DNA from: a virus
Strand: one strand, 5' to 3'
Virus genome (UHGV): UHGV-0213939
DNA length: 41,293 nucleotides
Of the stretch, positions 11,042 to 25,340 are shown piece by piece; within the stretch, counting starts at the first letter, position 1, and each line of letters begins with the position of its first letter. Position numbers and translations under genes: made by a program. The notes beneath the pieces are model-generated. The model was not told the DNA's origin. It worked only from the letters and a program-made list of their open reading frames with translations, and searched no databases.

Positions 11042-11468
11042 ACCGGACTCCTCCTGCGATCCCTTCTGATACTGTCATCAGCATTACGTCATCCTCCGTC
11101 ATGCCCGTCACATCCGGGGAAGCGGGGATAACTTCATTCCCGTCCGGGTCAAAGCGGACGCCTCCGGCAAGCCCTGCCGCTTTCTGCATCAGCACATCAT
11201 CTTCAGGCTCTTCGTCAGCCTCACGCCGGTTCAGCAGACTGAAATCCAGCGGATGCATATCCGGATCGCTGAAAAACAGGCTGAGTACGGTGTACGTCAG
11301 CCCGGAAAAGTGCATATCCAGCAGAACATCATGAAAATAGTGGGTACTGTAAAAGCGGTGCCAGTCGGCATACTCCGTGGATGACATCCCGGCAAGCATG
11401 GCGCGCCAGTCGGGTCGCCCCATCTCACGCGCCAGTTTCAGGGCAAAACTCAGCTCACCGTCGAACAC
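11034..11468 (-). CDS. T: Tail assembly chaperone T reading frame (expressed as the G-T fusion by -1 frameshift)
   Basis: Open frame overlapping the 3' end of G; slippery heptamer GGGAAAG found at the G/T junction (minus strand, 11468-11474). Confidence 0.7.
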   Translation of the reverse strand: MFDGELSFALKLAREMGRPDWRAMLAGMSSTEYADWHRFYSTHYFHDVLLDMHFSGLTYTVLSLFFSDPDMHPLDFSLLNRREADEEPEDDVLMQKAAGLAGGVRFDPDGNEVIPASPDVTGMTEDDVMLMTVSEGIAGGVRYG

Positions 11469-11872
11469 TTTCCCGCAGAAACAGGCTCTGCAGGCCCGGC
11501 GTCCTCTGCCTGTTCAGGGGCATTATTCACCACAAACTCAGACATACCGGACAGCCGGTACACCACGTTTTCAGCATGAGAAATTGCCTCTGTGGGCCAG
11601 GTGGTAAGCACTTCCTGCTCAATCTGTTTAACGGCCTCATTCATGGACGGCATCTGCGTCTTCTTCGGATGGTTATGCCACAGGGACATCGCCACCACAA
11701 AAGCGCCGGTTCTGATGACGTCTTCCACAGTAACCTGCCGGTTGCTGTCTGACTCCGCCTGTTCTTCCTGCCGTTTCATCAGGGCAAGATGCTCAATACG
11801 CTGCAGGGCTGACAGTTCAGAAAGCGTGACGGTCACGCCGTTATGTTCAAATGATTCGGTTTTCAGGAACAT
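11450..11872 (-). CDS. G: Tail assembly chaperone G
   Basis: 140 aa; begins MFLKTESFEHNGVTVTLSELSALQRIEHLALMKRQ..., matching lambda G from memory. Confidence 0.85.
   Translation of the reverse strand: MFLKTESFEHNGVTVTLSELSALQRIEHLALMKRQEEQAESDSNRQVTVEDVIRTGAFVVAMSLWHNHPKKTQMPSMNEAVKQIEQEVLTTWPTEAISHAENVVYRLSGMSEFVVNNAPEQAEDAGPAEPVSAGKCSTVS
11468..11474 (-). other. Programmed -1 ribosomal frameshift slippery site (G GGA AAG) for the G-T fusion
   Basis: Plus-strand CTTTCCC at 11468-11474 is GGGAAAG on the coding strand, located at the 3' end of G where the T frame opens. Confidence 0.6.
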
Positions 11873-11887
11873 CGCTGACTCTCCGGA

Positions 11888-12658
11888 TTAACTGGCGGTG
11901 ACGGTGATTTCTGCAACCGCAGCAAACTCACCATTACCGGATACAACCGGAATGTTGACCCTGCCTGCAGCAACGCCGTTCACGGTGATGGTCATACCAC
12001 TGACCGACACGGTGGCTTTTGTTTTATCCGCAGACACCGCACGGAAGCTCTTGTCGGTTGCGCCTTCCGGCTGGAATGCCACGGTCAGCGTCGTGCTCTG
12101 CCCTTTCACCACCGAGGTGCTGGCAGGCGTCACGGTCATGCCGGTTGCCGCTGTGACCGTGCTGCGATCTTCTGCCATCGACGGGCGTCCCACATTGGTG
12201 ACCTTCACCGTGCGGGTGATCACTTCCTTCGCCGTCACCGCTTTACCGATACTGCTGACCCAGCCACGGAACACATCGACCGTGCCGTTCGGGAAGCGGA
12301 TTTTATAGGCACGGGTATCACCTTCATTAAACCACGCCAGCAGCGCCTGCTGCCCCTGTTCTCCGGGCATCCACGCCAGCGTGAAGCTGGTATCTCCGGC
12401 TGATTTCTGCCCCTGCCCGGTCGCAGTCCAGTCCGCATCTTCATCATCGAGATAGCTGTCGTCATAGGACTCAGCGGTCAGTTCGCCGGGCGTCAGGTCT
12501 TTAACTTTTGCCAGACGCGACCAGTCCACGTCTGAAAGCGGGTTCGCATAAGGGTCACCGTTCCCCTTATAAACCCACAGTGTGGTCCCGGCACCTTTCA
12601 CCGGCATTGTAGGATTTGGTACAGGCATATCGTCCTCACATTTCATAGGTAATGACAT
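11888..12658 (-). CDS. V: Major tail protein V with C-terminal Ig-like domain
   Basis: 256 aa; position and C-terminal Ig-like segment (..[30 protein letters not shown]..) as in lambda V. Confidence 0.9.
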   Translation of the reverse strand: MSLPMKCEDDMPVPNPTMPVKGAGTTLWVYKGNGDPYANPLSDVDWSRLAKVKDLTPGELTAESYDDSYLDDEDADWTATGQGQKSAGDTSFTLAWMPGEQGQQALLAWFNEGDTRAYKIRFPNGTVDVFRGWVSSIGKAVTAKEVITRTVKVTNVGRPSMAEDRSTVTAATGMTVTPASTSVVKGQSTTLTVAFQPEGATDKSFRAVSADKTKATVSVSGMTITVNGVAAGRVNIPVVSGNGEFAAVAEITVTAS

Positions 12659-13031
12659 AAGTCAGATCGGCTGAACTCCACAGGCCCGCATCATCGTCGC
12701 GTCGGTAGTCATAGCCACTGGCCACCATACTGGTGATCAAATCTGACAGTGCCGGGATATCGCTCATCACCGGATAAATCCGGGACTCCATCCACGAATC
12801 CAGCTCTGAATCCGGCACCTGAGCAGGCAGGAAAACTTCAATATGCAGCTCCGCCTGCCAGGTATCGCTGTCCAGCTCTTCGCCCGTGTATTCAGCGCCG
12901 GTGAGATAAACGGCAATTGCCGGAAAATCCGCCTCATCAAAAACAGCGGGGCGACCATCAAAAAGCGTCGCCCCGGTGTCATGTTTTTCCAGTGCATCCA
13001 GTACGGCTGCACGGAGTTCAGTATGTTTCAT
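12636..13031 (-). CDS. U: Tail terminator protein U
   Basis: 131 aa, lambda U length and position. Confidence 0.85.
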   Translation of the reverse strand: MKHTELRAAVLDALEKHDTGATLFDGRPAVFDEADFPAIAVYLTGAEYTGEELDSDTWQAELHIEVFLPAQVPDSELDSWMESRIYPVMSDIPALSDLITSMVASGYDYRRDDDAGLWSSADLTYVITYEM

Positions 13032-13606
13032 CGCTTTATTACCATCCTCAGTTGATGCTGCAGCGCATAGCCCAGCTCTTTCGGAAGACGCTCACGCCGT
13101 ATCCGCTCAATATTCTGTTTAAACGCCGTGGTCAGCGGCACCGCCATCGGAATTTTCACCACATCAATGGGGTAACGGTTTTTCCCGGCCACACGCTGCA
13201 TGACATGCCAGCGGCCATTTTTCAGTTGCTGAATAAACGCGCCGGGAATACGACGGTTTCCCACCACAAGCACGCTGCCGCCACCTTTCAGGGATGAACG
13301 CTGCCCCTTTTTACGACGCCTGCGTCGGGACAGGACAACCCGCGCGTTACCCAGCCTGATTACGGGCAAATCCCCCCGGTTAACTTTGATTCTGGCCTGC
13401 GGATTTTTGACTGTGGCCCTTTTCAGCCTGGCCCTTTCCTTTACCAGTTTCCGGCGTACCTTTGTCTCACGGGCAACCTGTGCCACCGACTGCGATATCG
13501 CGGATGAAGCAACGCGGTTAATGGCCATTGCGGCGGCACCGGGCACCGCCGTTCTGCTGATACGGCTGAGGTTTTCAACGGCCTGCTCAAGACCTTTTAT
13601 GGCCAT
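13028..13606 (-). CDS. Z: Tail completion protein Z
   Basis: 192 aa, lambda Z length and position. Confidence 0.85.
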   Translation of the reverse strand: MAIKGLEQAVENLSRISRTAVPGAAAMAINRVASSAISQSVAQVARETKVRRKLVKERARLKRATVKNPQARIKVNRGDLPVIRLGNARVVLSRRRRRKKGQRSSLKGGGSVLVVGNRRIPGAFIQQLKNGRWHVMQRVAGKNRYPIDVVKIPMAVPLTTAFKQNIERIRRERLPKELGYALQHQLRMVIKR

Positions 13607-13617
13607 ACATCCCCCTT

Positions 13618-13971
13618 TCAGCGGCGACGGTTAACGGCAGGCGGTACGCCCCGCCCAAGCCAGAGATGACAGCTTCCGCCATCATCCGGCGAAATCCGGT
13701 CTATCCAGAAGTTTTCCTCACCGATGGTCAGCGTGTCGCCGCGCCGCAGCTGCCGCACATCATCAGTCCGGACAAACAGGGACGGGCTGGAGCCTTCAAC
13801 GCGCACGCCCTGTCCGGCATAGCTGATATTTTCAGGGTCATCAAAAACACCACGTATCACAGCACCGGACTGCTCACCGGATGTCATGGTGGCTGACGTT
13901 CCCATGTACCCGCGTATCGTTTCATCGGCGCAGGCAATGGCAGCATCGAACAGGTTATCGAAATCAGCCAC
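13618..13971 (-). CDS. FII: Head-tail joining protein FII
   Basis: 117 aa, lambda FII length and position. Confidence 0.85.
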   Translation of the reverse strand: MADFDNLFDAAIACADETIRGYMGTSATMTSGEQSGAVIRGVFDDPENISYAGQGVRVEGSSPSLFVRTDDVRQLRRGDTLTIGEENFWIDRISPDDGGSCHLWLGRGVPPAVNRRR

Positions 13972-13982
13972 AGCGCCTCCCG

Positions 13983-14378
13983 TTATTGTATTCTGGCCAG
14001 GCCGCGCTCTGTCATTTCAGCTGCCACACCGGCAGAGACACGGAACGCCGTTCCCGGCAGCACAAATGCCACAGCCTCATCCCGCGTGGCGTGAAGTGCA
14101 TCAGTATGCAGCGTCACCAGTGCCACAACCGTGACCAGATCAGCCGTATCAGTCACGGTATCCGGCTGCGCTGATACAACCTCATTTTCATGTCCGGTCA
14201 GCACATTTTCCGGGCTGAGAGGGATATCCTGACCGGCAATGTCGCCCGTGTCATCAAGCTCTTCTTCCAGTTCTGCCACACGGAGCGCCAGTTCTTCTTT
14301 CGTCCCCGTCAGGCTGATATCACGGTTCAGTTGTTCACCCAGCGAGCGGAGACGGGCAATCAGTTCATCTTTCGTCAT
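13983..14378 (-). CDS. FI: DNA packaging protein FI
   Basis: Internal start MTKDELIARLRSLGEQLNRD... matches lambda FI; preceded by a GGAGGAG RBS. The ORF track extends it upstream to 14417. Confidence 0.8.
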   Translation of the reverse strand: MTKDELIARLRSLGEQLNRDISLTGTKEELALRVAELEEELDDTGDIAGQDIPLSPENVLTGHENEVVSAQPDTVTDTADLVTVVALVTLHTDALHATRDEAVAFVLPGTAFRVSAGVAAEMTERGLARIQ

Positions 14379-14419
14379 GGACTCCTCCACAGAGAAACAA
14401 TGGCCCCGAAGGGCCATGA

Positions 14420-15445
14420 TTACGCCAGTTGTACAGACACGAACTCATCAGGGTCAGCCAGCAGCATCAGCGGTGCTGACTGAATCATGGTGAACTCACG
14501 CGCCGGGTCGCCGGTGGTCACCCAGTTTTTCGGGTAACGGGCAGAGGCGTTAATGCCTTCGCGCTGTGCGTCCGCATCCTGAATGCAACCATAGGTGCGC
14601 AGACCGCGTGCCTGAGTGTTCCCCAGCACCATCGTGTTGTCCGGCAGGAAGTTCTTTTTGACGCCGTTTTCCACGTACTGTCCGGAATACACGACGATGG
14701 CCACATCGCCATACATTCCCTTATAAGACACCGCTTTGCCCAGGTCTTTTACCGCTGTCTCCAGCTCGGAATGAGAGCCGCGACGGGTATCCAGCTTCTC
14801 CTTGACGGCTTTGAAGGAACGGAACAGCGCCCAGCCTTTCGGATCAAACACGATGATATTCACCACACCGCTGGCGTTCAGCGCGTAGGCTTCGATATCG
14901 TCGGTCGGGTCATACGTGGACTTGTCACGCTTGCTCCACTCCGTGCCGCCGGACTGCGTGATGTTATTCGCCTCACTGCGGCCCATATCCACCTCAACCG
15001 GATCGAAGGCTTCACCGGTCATGGTATATTTGCCCTTAAGCACGGCAGAAACTGCCTGCATCTCTTCGACCTGGGCAATCGCCAGATTTTCATCCAGCAT
15101 ATTCTGCCGAATAATACGGCGACGACGGTAAGCCGGGTCAGCCAGGTTCTGCGGATCTTCATCCGGCAGGCGACGCAGGGTCATCTGCGGATTCACCTCA
15201 TGCTTGGGTTTGACATAACCCGGCGTAAATTCAGAGGTGGAGCCGCCACGGGATCGGATAACCTCACCGGAAACAATCGGCGAAACGTACAGCGCCATGT
15301 TTACCAGTCCCGGAATTTGTGAGAGATAGACTTTTTCCGTGGTGAAAGGATAGGTTTCACGGAAAAACAGGCGCAGAAACAGCGGATCGAACTTAAAGTG
15401 ATGCTGGGTCGATGCCAGTAATTCTGCAGTTGTATATACAGACAT
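14420..15445 (-). CDS. E: Major capsid protein E
   Basis: 341 aa, same as lambda E; position after D. Confidence 0.9.
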   Translation of the reverse strand: MSVYTTAELLASTQHHFKFDPLFLRLFFRETYPFTTEKVYLSQIPGLVNMALYVSPIVSGEVIRSRGGSTSEFTPGYVKPKHEVNPQMTLRRLPDEDPQNLADPAYRRRRIIRQNMLDENLAIAQVEEMQAVSAVLKGKYTMTGEAFDPVEVDMGRSEANNITQSGGTEWSKRDKSTYDPTDDIEAYALNASGVVNIIVFDPKGWALFRSFKAVKEKLDTRRGSHSELETAVKDLGKAVSYKGMYGDVAIVVYSGQYVENGVKKNFLPDNTMVLGNTQARGLRTYGCIQDADAQREGINASARYPKNWVTTGDPAREFTMIQSAPLMLLADPDEFVSVQLA

Positions 15446-15500
15446 AAATTATTTCCATAAAAAAAGCCGCACAGGCGGCCTTTGTTGATGAAGGGGAAGA

Positions 15501-15833
15501 TTAAACGATGCTGATTGCCGTTCCGGCAAACGCGGTCCGTTTTTTCGTCTCGTCGCTGGCAGCCTCCGGCCAGAGCACATCCTCATAACGGAACGAGCCG
15601 GACTTGTAGAACGTCAGTGTGGTGCTGGTCTGGTCAGCAGCAACCGCAAGAATGCCAACGGCTGCACCGTCGGTGGTGCCATCCCACACAACCAGCTTAC
15701 GGGTAGTGCCATCCAGCATCAGTGGGGTCATTGCAGGCGTTTTCGCACTCAATCCGCCAGGCGCAATTGCTGTATGAGCCGGATCACTGTTACCCAGCGG
15801 CTGGTAATGGTTAAACTCTTCTTTTGTCGCCAT
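15501..15833 (-). CDS. D: Head decoration protein D
   Basis: 110 aa, same as lambda D; position. Confidence 0.9.
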   Translation of the reverse strand: MATKEEFNHYQPLGNSDPAHTAIAPGGLSAKTPAMTPLMLDGTTRKLVVWDGTTDGAAVGILAVAADQTSTTLTFYKSGSFRYEDVLWPEAASDETKKRTAFAGTAISIV

Positions 15834-15842
15834 AACTGCCTC

Positions 15843-17154
15843 TTATACCGGTAAAGCTTCAGGTGTATTAAGTAATTCTTTATTGGTATCAGATGCCAGG
15901 TTACCTGCAGCCAGCGGTGCCGGTGCACCCTGCATCAGACGATCCAGCGCAGTGTCACTGCGCGCCTGTGCACTCTGTGGTGCTGCGGCCAGAATGCGGC
16001 GGGCCGTTTCCACGGTCATTCCGGGGGTTTCTGCCAGAACGCGCGCCTGTTCTTCGCGTCCGTGAGCCTCCTCACAGTTGAGGATCCCCATAATGCGGCT
16101 GTTTTCTGCCGCAACCGCTGCGGTGATCTGTGCGTTCACATCCGGCTGCGCCGCGCTGGCGTTTTCGCCCTCCTTCGCAGGCTCCACGGTGGTGATGTCA
16201 GCCTGCGAAGCAGTGGCTGAAACAGTTGTTGATTGAGTCTCTTTGGTCATTCGCCCTCCTGAGAGACGGGATTTACGTGCATCCAGTGCATCACGCATGA
16301 CGGTGATCGCATCGCTGCTGTTAACAAGTTCATCAGCCAGTCCGGCATCAATGGCCTCCTGACCGCTGTACACTGCAGCCTCGGTATCCAGCACAGCCTG
16401 CACAGACAGGCCGGTATATGCCGACACCTTCTGCGCAAACATCTGGCGGGTTGCGTCCATCCGGGACTGCAGTGTCTCCCGGACGTCATCCGGAAGATGG
16501 CTGTAGGGATTGCCATCCACCTTATGGCTGCCGCTGTAAATCAGCGTGATTTCCACACCCTGTTTCTCCAGGACAGCACCGTAATTACTGTGAGCCATCA
16601 TGACGCCGATGGAGCCTGTCCGGGCGGTCTGCGTGACCAGACGCCGGGAGGCGGCACTGGCAAGCAGCTGACCTGCACTGCAGTTCATGTCGTTGGCCAG
16701 CGCCCATACCGGTTTTATGTCACGCACACGGGCGATGATGTCAGCGCAGTCAAATGCCCCCGCCACCATTCCGCCTGGCGTGTCCATATCGAGCAGAATG
16801 CCGTCCACCATCGGGTCGCTGGCAGCCTGTTGCAGACGGGCGATAATGCCGTTGTAACCGGTCATCCCCGAGTACAGCTGCAGCGCCCGCGTCCGGCTGA
16901 CCAGCGTGCCGGACACCGGCAGCACGGCGATGCCGTTCATGACCTGATAACTCCGGGCCTGTCGTGGTCCGTCATCATCACCGGATAATGCCAGCGTCGC
17001 GAGTGCCTCCTGGGCAGTCAGGCTGTCGCCGGACACCGCATCCGTCAGGCGGCTGATCCCAAGCTGGCCTGCAAGCGCACAAAAGAAAACCCGCGCATAG
17101 GCGGGTTCAAGCATCAGCGGCTCATTAAAGGCCATGCTGGCAATATGCGGGAGA

Positions 17155-17174
<20 letters not shown>
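15843..17174 (-). CDS. C: Prohead protease / minor capsid protein C (with in-frame internal scaffold Nu3)
   Basis: The ORF track extends to 17321, but the lambda C homology begins at VTAELRNLPHIASMAFNEPLMLEPAYARVFF (probable GTG start overlapping the end of B). Start coordinate is uncertain. Confidence 0.8.
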
Positions 17175-20855
<3,681 letters not shown>

Positions 20856-20881
<26 letters not shown>

Positions 20882-21401
20882 TCAGCAACCCCAGTATCAG
20901 TTCATCCAGCGCGGCTGCTTTGTTCATGGCTTTGATGATATCCCGTTTCAGGAAATCAACATGTCGGTTTTCCAGTTCCGGAAAACGCCGCTGCACCGAC
21001 AGGGGGATCCCGTCGAGAATACTGGCAATTTCACCTGCGATCCGCGACAACACGAAAGTACAGAATGCGGTTTCCACCACTTCAGCGGAGTCTCTGGCAT
21101 TCTTCAGTTCCTGTGCGTCGGCCTGCGCACGCGTAAGTCGATGGCGTTCGTACTCAATAGTCCCTGGCTGGAGATCTGCCTCGCTGGCCTGCCGCAGTTC
21201 TTCAACCTCCCGGCGCAGCTTTTCGTTCTCAATTTCAGCATCCCTTTCGGCATACCATTTTATGACGGCGGCAGAGTCATAAAGCACCTCATTACCCTTC
21301 CCACCACCTCGCAGAACGGGCATTCCCTGCTCCTGCCAGTTCTGAATGGTACGGATACTCGCACCGAAAATGTCAGCCAGCTGCTTTTTGTTGACTTCCA
21401 T
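20856..21401 (-). CDS. Nu1: Terminase small subunit Nu1
   Basis: 181 aa; N-terminus MEVNKKQLADIFGASIRTIQNWQEQGMP matches lambda Nu1; overlaps the start of A. Confidence 0.9.
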
Positions 21402-21578
21402 TGTTCATTCCACGGACAAAAACAGAGAAAGGAAACGACAGAGGCTAAAAAGCCCGTTTTCAGCACCTGTCGTTTCCTTTCTTTTCAGGGGGTGTTTTAA
21501 ATAAAAACATTAGGTTACGGCGAAGAAGAACGGAAACGCCTTAAACCGGAAAATTTTCATAAATAGCGAAAACCCGCG

Positions 21579-21590
21579 AGGTCGCCGCCC
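21579..21590. other. cos: cos site: 12-nt cohesive-end sequence (GGGCGGCGACCT on the minus strand), with cosB-like sequence extending to about 21410
   Basis: Reverse complement of 21490-21590 reads GGGCGGCGACCTCGCGGGTTTTCGCTATTTATGAAAATTTTCCGGTTTAAGGCGTTTCCGTTCTTCTTCG..., nearly identical to the lambda left end as I remember it. Confidence 0.85.
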
Positions 21591-21813
21591 CGTAACGGTC
21601 TGGATCACCGGAAAGGACCCGCCAACGACTTTCGCGTGCAGGCATTAAAAATTTTGCAGTTCCATGCCTAGTTGAAACCTCGATTTCTATAACATCCAAT
21701 TTTGTAAATTTAGATATAGCTCAACTTTTCCCAATGTTTTCAAGTGTATAAAAAGAATTGGCGTTACGCCATAACACTATACTTAGGATAAGTAAAGATT
21801 TTAAGGAGTTTTA

Positions 21814-22881
21814 ATGAGTCAACATCAATATTATCCACAGCTGAAATGGAAGCCTGCTGAATATGAATCTCTGATGCTTTTAGATCAAACTACGCTCTCT
21901 GGTTTTACTCCGATCATTACCATTCCAGACATAGACTGGGATTATGAAAACGAATGCTACAAGAAGAGTTTGAGTTCTTACTTATCTGACTTCGGTATTA
22001 ACCTTGCGGCATCCTGGAAAGCCAATCGTCCTGTTTTGCTGGATGTTAAATATTTAGATAAACATGGTTCGAGCCGCCATCATCCTCTAGATATGTGTAT
22101 CCAAGATGCTAGAGTAAATGGTAAGGAAATTATCCCTGTTGTTTCTCCCGCATATTCAACAAACTATATACATGCTGTTCAACGCAACTTAATCAATGGG
22201 CTCGCTATATCTATCACCCCCCAGACATGGCACCAATTCACAAGTCTGGTTAACCACTTAAATATTCATCCTAGTTTAATTGATGTAATCATTGATTTTG
22301 GAGATATTCAAAACGCAACTGATAGTTTAAAACAACAAGCATTAAGCATGGTCAACACATTATCAGGCCAAGCTCCGTGGAGAAACTTGATTTTATCTTC
22401 AACCGCATACCCGGCATCACAGGCAGGGATACCGCAACATCAAGTTCATCATATTCCGCGCCATGAATACGATCTTTGGATGTACGTAGTACAGAATTTT
22501 AGCAATGGAAGAACGCCAAGTTTTAGTGATTATCCCACCGCTAGCTCTACCATTACGAGCGTAGACCCACGCTTCATGTCTCAGTATGTCTCAGTGAGAT
22601 ATTCGAACGATACCTCATGGATCTTTGTAAAAGGTACCGCAGTTAAAGGAAATGGATGGGGCCAAACTAAAAACTTATGTACTACCCTTGTTAGTTCGCC
22701 AGAGTATCAAGTCTTTGGCTCCAAATTTAGTTGGGGGGATGATTACATTTACCAAAGATCATTAGGCGCTAACAAATCTGGCGGCTCTAAAGAATGGCGT
22801 AAAGTTGCACATACGCACCATATTACGTTAGTCGTGAGACAGCTTTATTGGTTGGCGCAGACTCAGCCTGCCAAGCCTTAA
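21814..22881 (+). CDS. Hypothetical protein (355 aa), cargo gene A of an AT-rich two-gene cassette; no family recognised
   Basis: Long ORF with a strong RBS (TAAGGAG about 8 nt upstream of the ATG). Visibly AT-richer than the flanking phage genes. No lambda counterpart at this position (lambda has bor here). Confidence 0.7.
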   Translation: MSQHQYYPQLKWKPAEYESLMLLDQTTLSGFTPIITIPDIDWDYENECYKKSLSSYLSDFGINLAASWKANRPVLLDVKYLDKHGSSRHHPLDMCIQDARVNGKEIIPVVSPAYSTNYIHAVQRNLINGLAISITPQTWHQFTSLVNHLNIHPSLIDVIIDFGDIQNATDSLKQQALSMVNTLSGQAPWRNLILSSTAYPASQAGIPQHQVHHIPRHEYDLWMYVVQNFSNGRTPSFSDYPTASSTITSVDPRFMSQYVSVRYSNDTSWIFVKGTAVKGNGWGQTKNLCTTLVSSPEYQVFGSKFSWGDDYIYQRSLGANKSGGSKEWRKVAHTHHITLVVRQLYWLAQTQPAKP

Positions 22882-23443
22882 CTTTCCAGCCTACGCGTTT
22901 CTTTAAGGCTGTTCTGACTTCAAGCCTGAGATTCGCTATTGGAATATTTTCCGCAATAATATTCCATAACTCAAATCGGGGCTTGCTTTTGATTCCTTTG
23001 GAATAGCCCCATCGTTCAAGTACGTCGATACATTCATCTTTCCAAAGCAATTGAGCGAGCATCAATGTGTCATGGTTTCGATTAAGCTTTTCTCCACGCA
23101 TGTGCTTTATAAGAATGGCGCCTTTTGGCCCAACAGAAACCGTTTTAACGCCCCACCAACCTGGGATTAACTTTAATGCTCCCTCAAGGTGTTTCTCAGC
23201 TACGACAAGAGTAACCTTGTCCATTACAGAAGAATAATGCTTGATTTGAAGAGGCAAACGCTCCAAAGAGTCATATTCACTTTTGAGCTCGTACCCGTGT
23301 ATAACACCATTTATTACAGCAATGTCTGCTCTACTGGCGCCAAGGGATATGGAAAATTCATCGACCACAAGGCAGTCTGGATCTAAATGCGATTCTTTCA
23401 AAAGCTTATGATGCACCGCGAACCTAACATCTTGATCTTTCAT
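22823..23443 (-). CDS. Hypothetical protein (206 aa) with a PD-(D/E)xK-like nuclease signature, cargo gene B, convergent with gene A
   Basis: ORF with a strong RBS (AAGGAG). N-terminal region has E29 (VVDEF), D40 (RADIAVI) and E52-L-K54 (GYELK) in the spacing expected for a restriction-endonuclease-like core. The 3' end overlaps gene A by 59 bp. Confidence 0.65.
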   Translation of the reverse strand: MKDQDVRFAVHHKLLKESHLDPDCLVVDEFSISLGASRADIAVINGVIHGYELKSEYDSLERLPLQIKHYSSVMDKVTLVVAEKHLEGALKLIPGWWGVKTVSVGPKGAILIKHMRGEKLNRNHDTLMLAQLLWKDECIDVLERWGYSKGIKSKPRFELWNIIAENIPIANLRLEVRTALKKRVGWKVKAWQAESAPTNKAVSRLT

Positions 23444-23794
23444 GACTTCTCCTTACTCCCTCCGTTATTGAATTATAGCGCACTGCATTTTACTGCATTT
23501 GAGAGATTTGACCACTTCAATCACAAAATGCTTATCTGCAGCAACAAGATTCATAGCCATACGACTATGGTGATTACCTTTTGTCTGGAAAACTGACCAT
23601 TCCACGAAGATCAGATAGGTCTATAGAATCTTGGTTTGTCATAGCGTTCGCCTTACTTTGAGATGAACCTTTGCTGCATAGGAGATCAGCCCGTCAAGGC
23701 TCACCAGCACTAACTGACTACTCAAAGGCTCATTCCAAAGGGTTTGGTTCGACGTGGTTGAGTGCGCTCCGGTGCGCGGTGAAATACCTGTACA

Positions 23795-23824
23795 AAAATG
23801 CCCCGCATCTGCGAGGCATTTTCC
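23795..23824. terminator. Putative bidirectional intrinsic terminator between Rz and the cargo cassette
   Basis: Inverted repeat AAAATGCC..CGCA..TGCG..GGCATTTT, flanked by A-run and T-run so it can act on either strand. Confidence 0.4.
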
Positions 23825-23859
23825 TGAAAGTCACGTATAAAATTTCAGTGAAATTAAAA

Positions 23860-24318
23860 TTATTTTAAGCACTGCGTCCTGATGTACTCCTGCAGGTAGT
23901 TGACCTGCGCGGTTATCTTGTCGATTCCACTTCGGAGACGGTAATAATTGAGTTCAGCATCTGCTGTAAGTCTTGGGCTTTCTCCATCGCCCATGCTGCT
24001 GGCTCCGGTCGTTGACTTTGCACAGGTGGCGGCGACTTGCAGGCGCTTACGCCCAGCAGAAACATCAGCACGAAGACTTTCGATAGTCGCGTTAGCATCA
24101 GCAAGCTCCTTTGTGTATCTGGCGTCGAGTTCTGCTACATCACGCTGACGCATCTGCATGTCAGTAATTGCCGCGTTCGCCAGCTTCAGTTCTCTGGCAT
24201 TTTTGTCGCGCTGGGCTTTGTAGGTAATGGCGTTATCACGGTAATGATTAACAGCCCATGACAGGCAGACGATGATGCAGATAACCAGAGCGGAGATAAT
24301 CGCGGTGACTCTGCTCAT
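23860..24318 (-). CDS. Rz: Spanin, inner membrane subunit Rz
   Basis: 152 aa; N-terminal TM segment and coiled coil; position after R. Confidence 0.9.
   Translation of the reverse strand: MSRVTAIISALVICIIVCLSWAVNHYRDNAITYKAQRDKNARELKLANAAITDMQMRQRDVAELDARYTKELADANATIESLRADVSAGRKRLQVAATCAKSTTGASSMGDGESPRLTADAELNYYRLRSGIDKITAQVNYLQEYIRTQCLK
23913..24104 (-). CDS. Rz1: Spanin, outer membrane lipoprotein subunit Rz1 (embedded in Rz in the +1 frame)
   Basis: 63-aa ORF nested inside Rz with lipobox LLGVSAC and a Pro-rich segment ([14 protein letters not shown]), as in lambda Rz1. Confidence 0.75.
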   Translation of the reverse strand: MLMLTRLSKVFVLMFLLGVSACKSPPPVQSQRPEPAAWAMEKAQDLQQMLNSIITVSEVESTR

Positions 24319-24791
24319 ACCTCAATCTCTCTGACCGTTCCGCCCGCTTCTTTGAATTTTGCAATCAGGCTGTCAGCCTTATGCTCGAACTGACCATAAC
24401 CAGCGCCCGGCAGTGAAGCCCAGATATTGCTGCAACGGTCGATTGCCTGACGGATATCACCGCGATCAATCATCGGTAAAGCGCCACGCTCCTTAATCTG
24501 CTGCAATGCCACAGCGTCCTGGCTTTTCGGAGAGAAGTCTTTCAGGCCAAGCTGCTTACGGTAGGCATCCCACCAACGGGAAAGAAGCTGGTAACGTCCG
24601 GCGGCTGTTGATTTGAGTTTGGGGTTTAGCGTGACAAGTTTGCGAGGGTGATCGGAGTAATCAGTGAATAGCTCTCCGCCAACAATGACGTCATAACCAT
24701 GATTTCTGGTTTTCTGTCGTCCGTTATCAGTTCCCTCTGACCACGCCAGCATATCGAGGAACGCCTTACGTTGATTATTGATTTCCACCAT
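24315..24791 (-). CDS. R: Endolysin R (lytic transglycosylase)
   Basis: 158 aa, same as lambda R; position between S and Rz. Confidence 0.9.
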   Translation of the reverse strand: MVEINNQRKAFLDMLAWSEGTDNGRQKTRNHGYDVIVGGELFTDYSDHPRKLVTLNPKLKSTAAGRYQLLSRWWDAYRKQLGLKDFSPKSQDAVALQQIKERGALPMIDRGDIRQAIDRCSNIWASLPGAGYGQFEHKADSLIAKFKEAGGTVREIEV

Positions 24792-25098
24792 CTTCTACTC
24801 CGGCTTTTTTAGCAGCGAAGCGTTTGATAAGCGAACCAATCGAGTCAGTACCGATGTAGCCGATGAACACGCTCGTTATATAAGCGAGATTGCTACTTAG
24901 TCCGGCGAAGTCGAGAAGGTCACGAATGAACCAGGCGATAATGGCGCACATCGTTGCGTCGATTACTGTTTTTGTAAACGCACCGCCATTATATCTGCCG
25001 CGAAGGTACGCCATTGCAAACGCAAGGATTGCCCCGATGCCTTGTTCCTTTGCCGCGAGAATGGCGGCTAACAGGTCATGTTTTTCTGGCATCTTCAT
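24775..25098 (-). CDS. S: Holin S (dual-start MKM motif)
   Basis: 107 aa; [35 protein letters not shown] matches lambda S107/S105. Confidence 0.9.
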   Translation of the reverse strand: MKMPEKHDLLAAILAAKEQGIGAILAFAMAYLRGRYNGGAFTKTVIDATMCAIIAWFIRDLLDFAGLSSNLAYITSVFIGYIGTDSIGSLIKRFAAKKAGVEDGGNQ

Positions 25099-25340
25099 GT
25101 CTTACCCCCAATAAGGGGATTTGCTCTATTTAATTAGGAATAAGGTCGATTACTGATAGAACAAATCCAGGCTACTGTGTTTAGTAATCAGATTTGTTCG
25201 TGACCGATATGCACGGGCAAAACGGCATGAGGTTGTTAGCGCAGCCTCTTGCCACCCGCTTTCACGAAGGTCATGTGTAGAAGGCCGCAGCGTAACTATC
25301 ACTGATGAATTCAGGATAACCAGTGGCTACGGCTCAGTTA

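Noticed and set aside
23721-23790. tRNA-like motif (GGTTCGACGTGG) in the Rz-cargo intergenic region
   Set aside because: It contains a T-loop-like GGTTCGA string but the flanking sequence gives no complementary T-stem or acceptor stem; probably coincidental.
23671-23868. 65-aa plus-strand ORF in the position where lambda has bor
   Set aside because: No similarity to Bor lipoprotein (no signal peptide or lipobox), overlaps the putative terminator and the Rz 3' end, and has poor start context.
25141-25340. Possible third tRNA between the two tRNAs and holin S
   Set aside because: I could not fold any segment into a cloverleaf with a credible T-arm and acceptor stem; it may be a degraded remnant but I cannot support a call.
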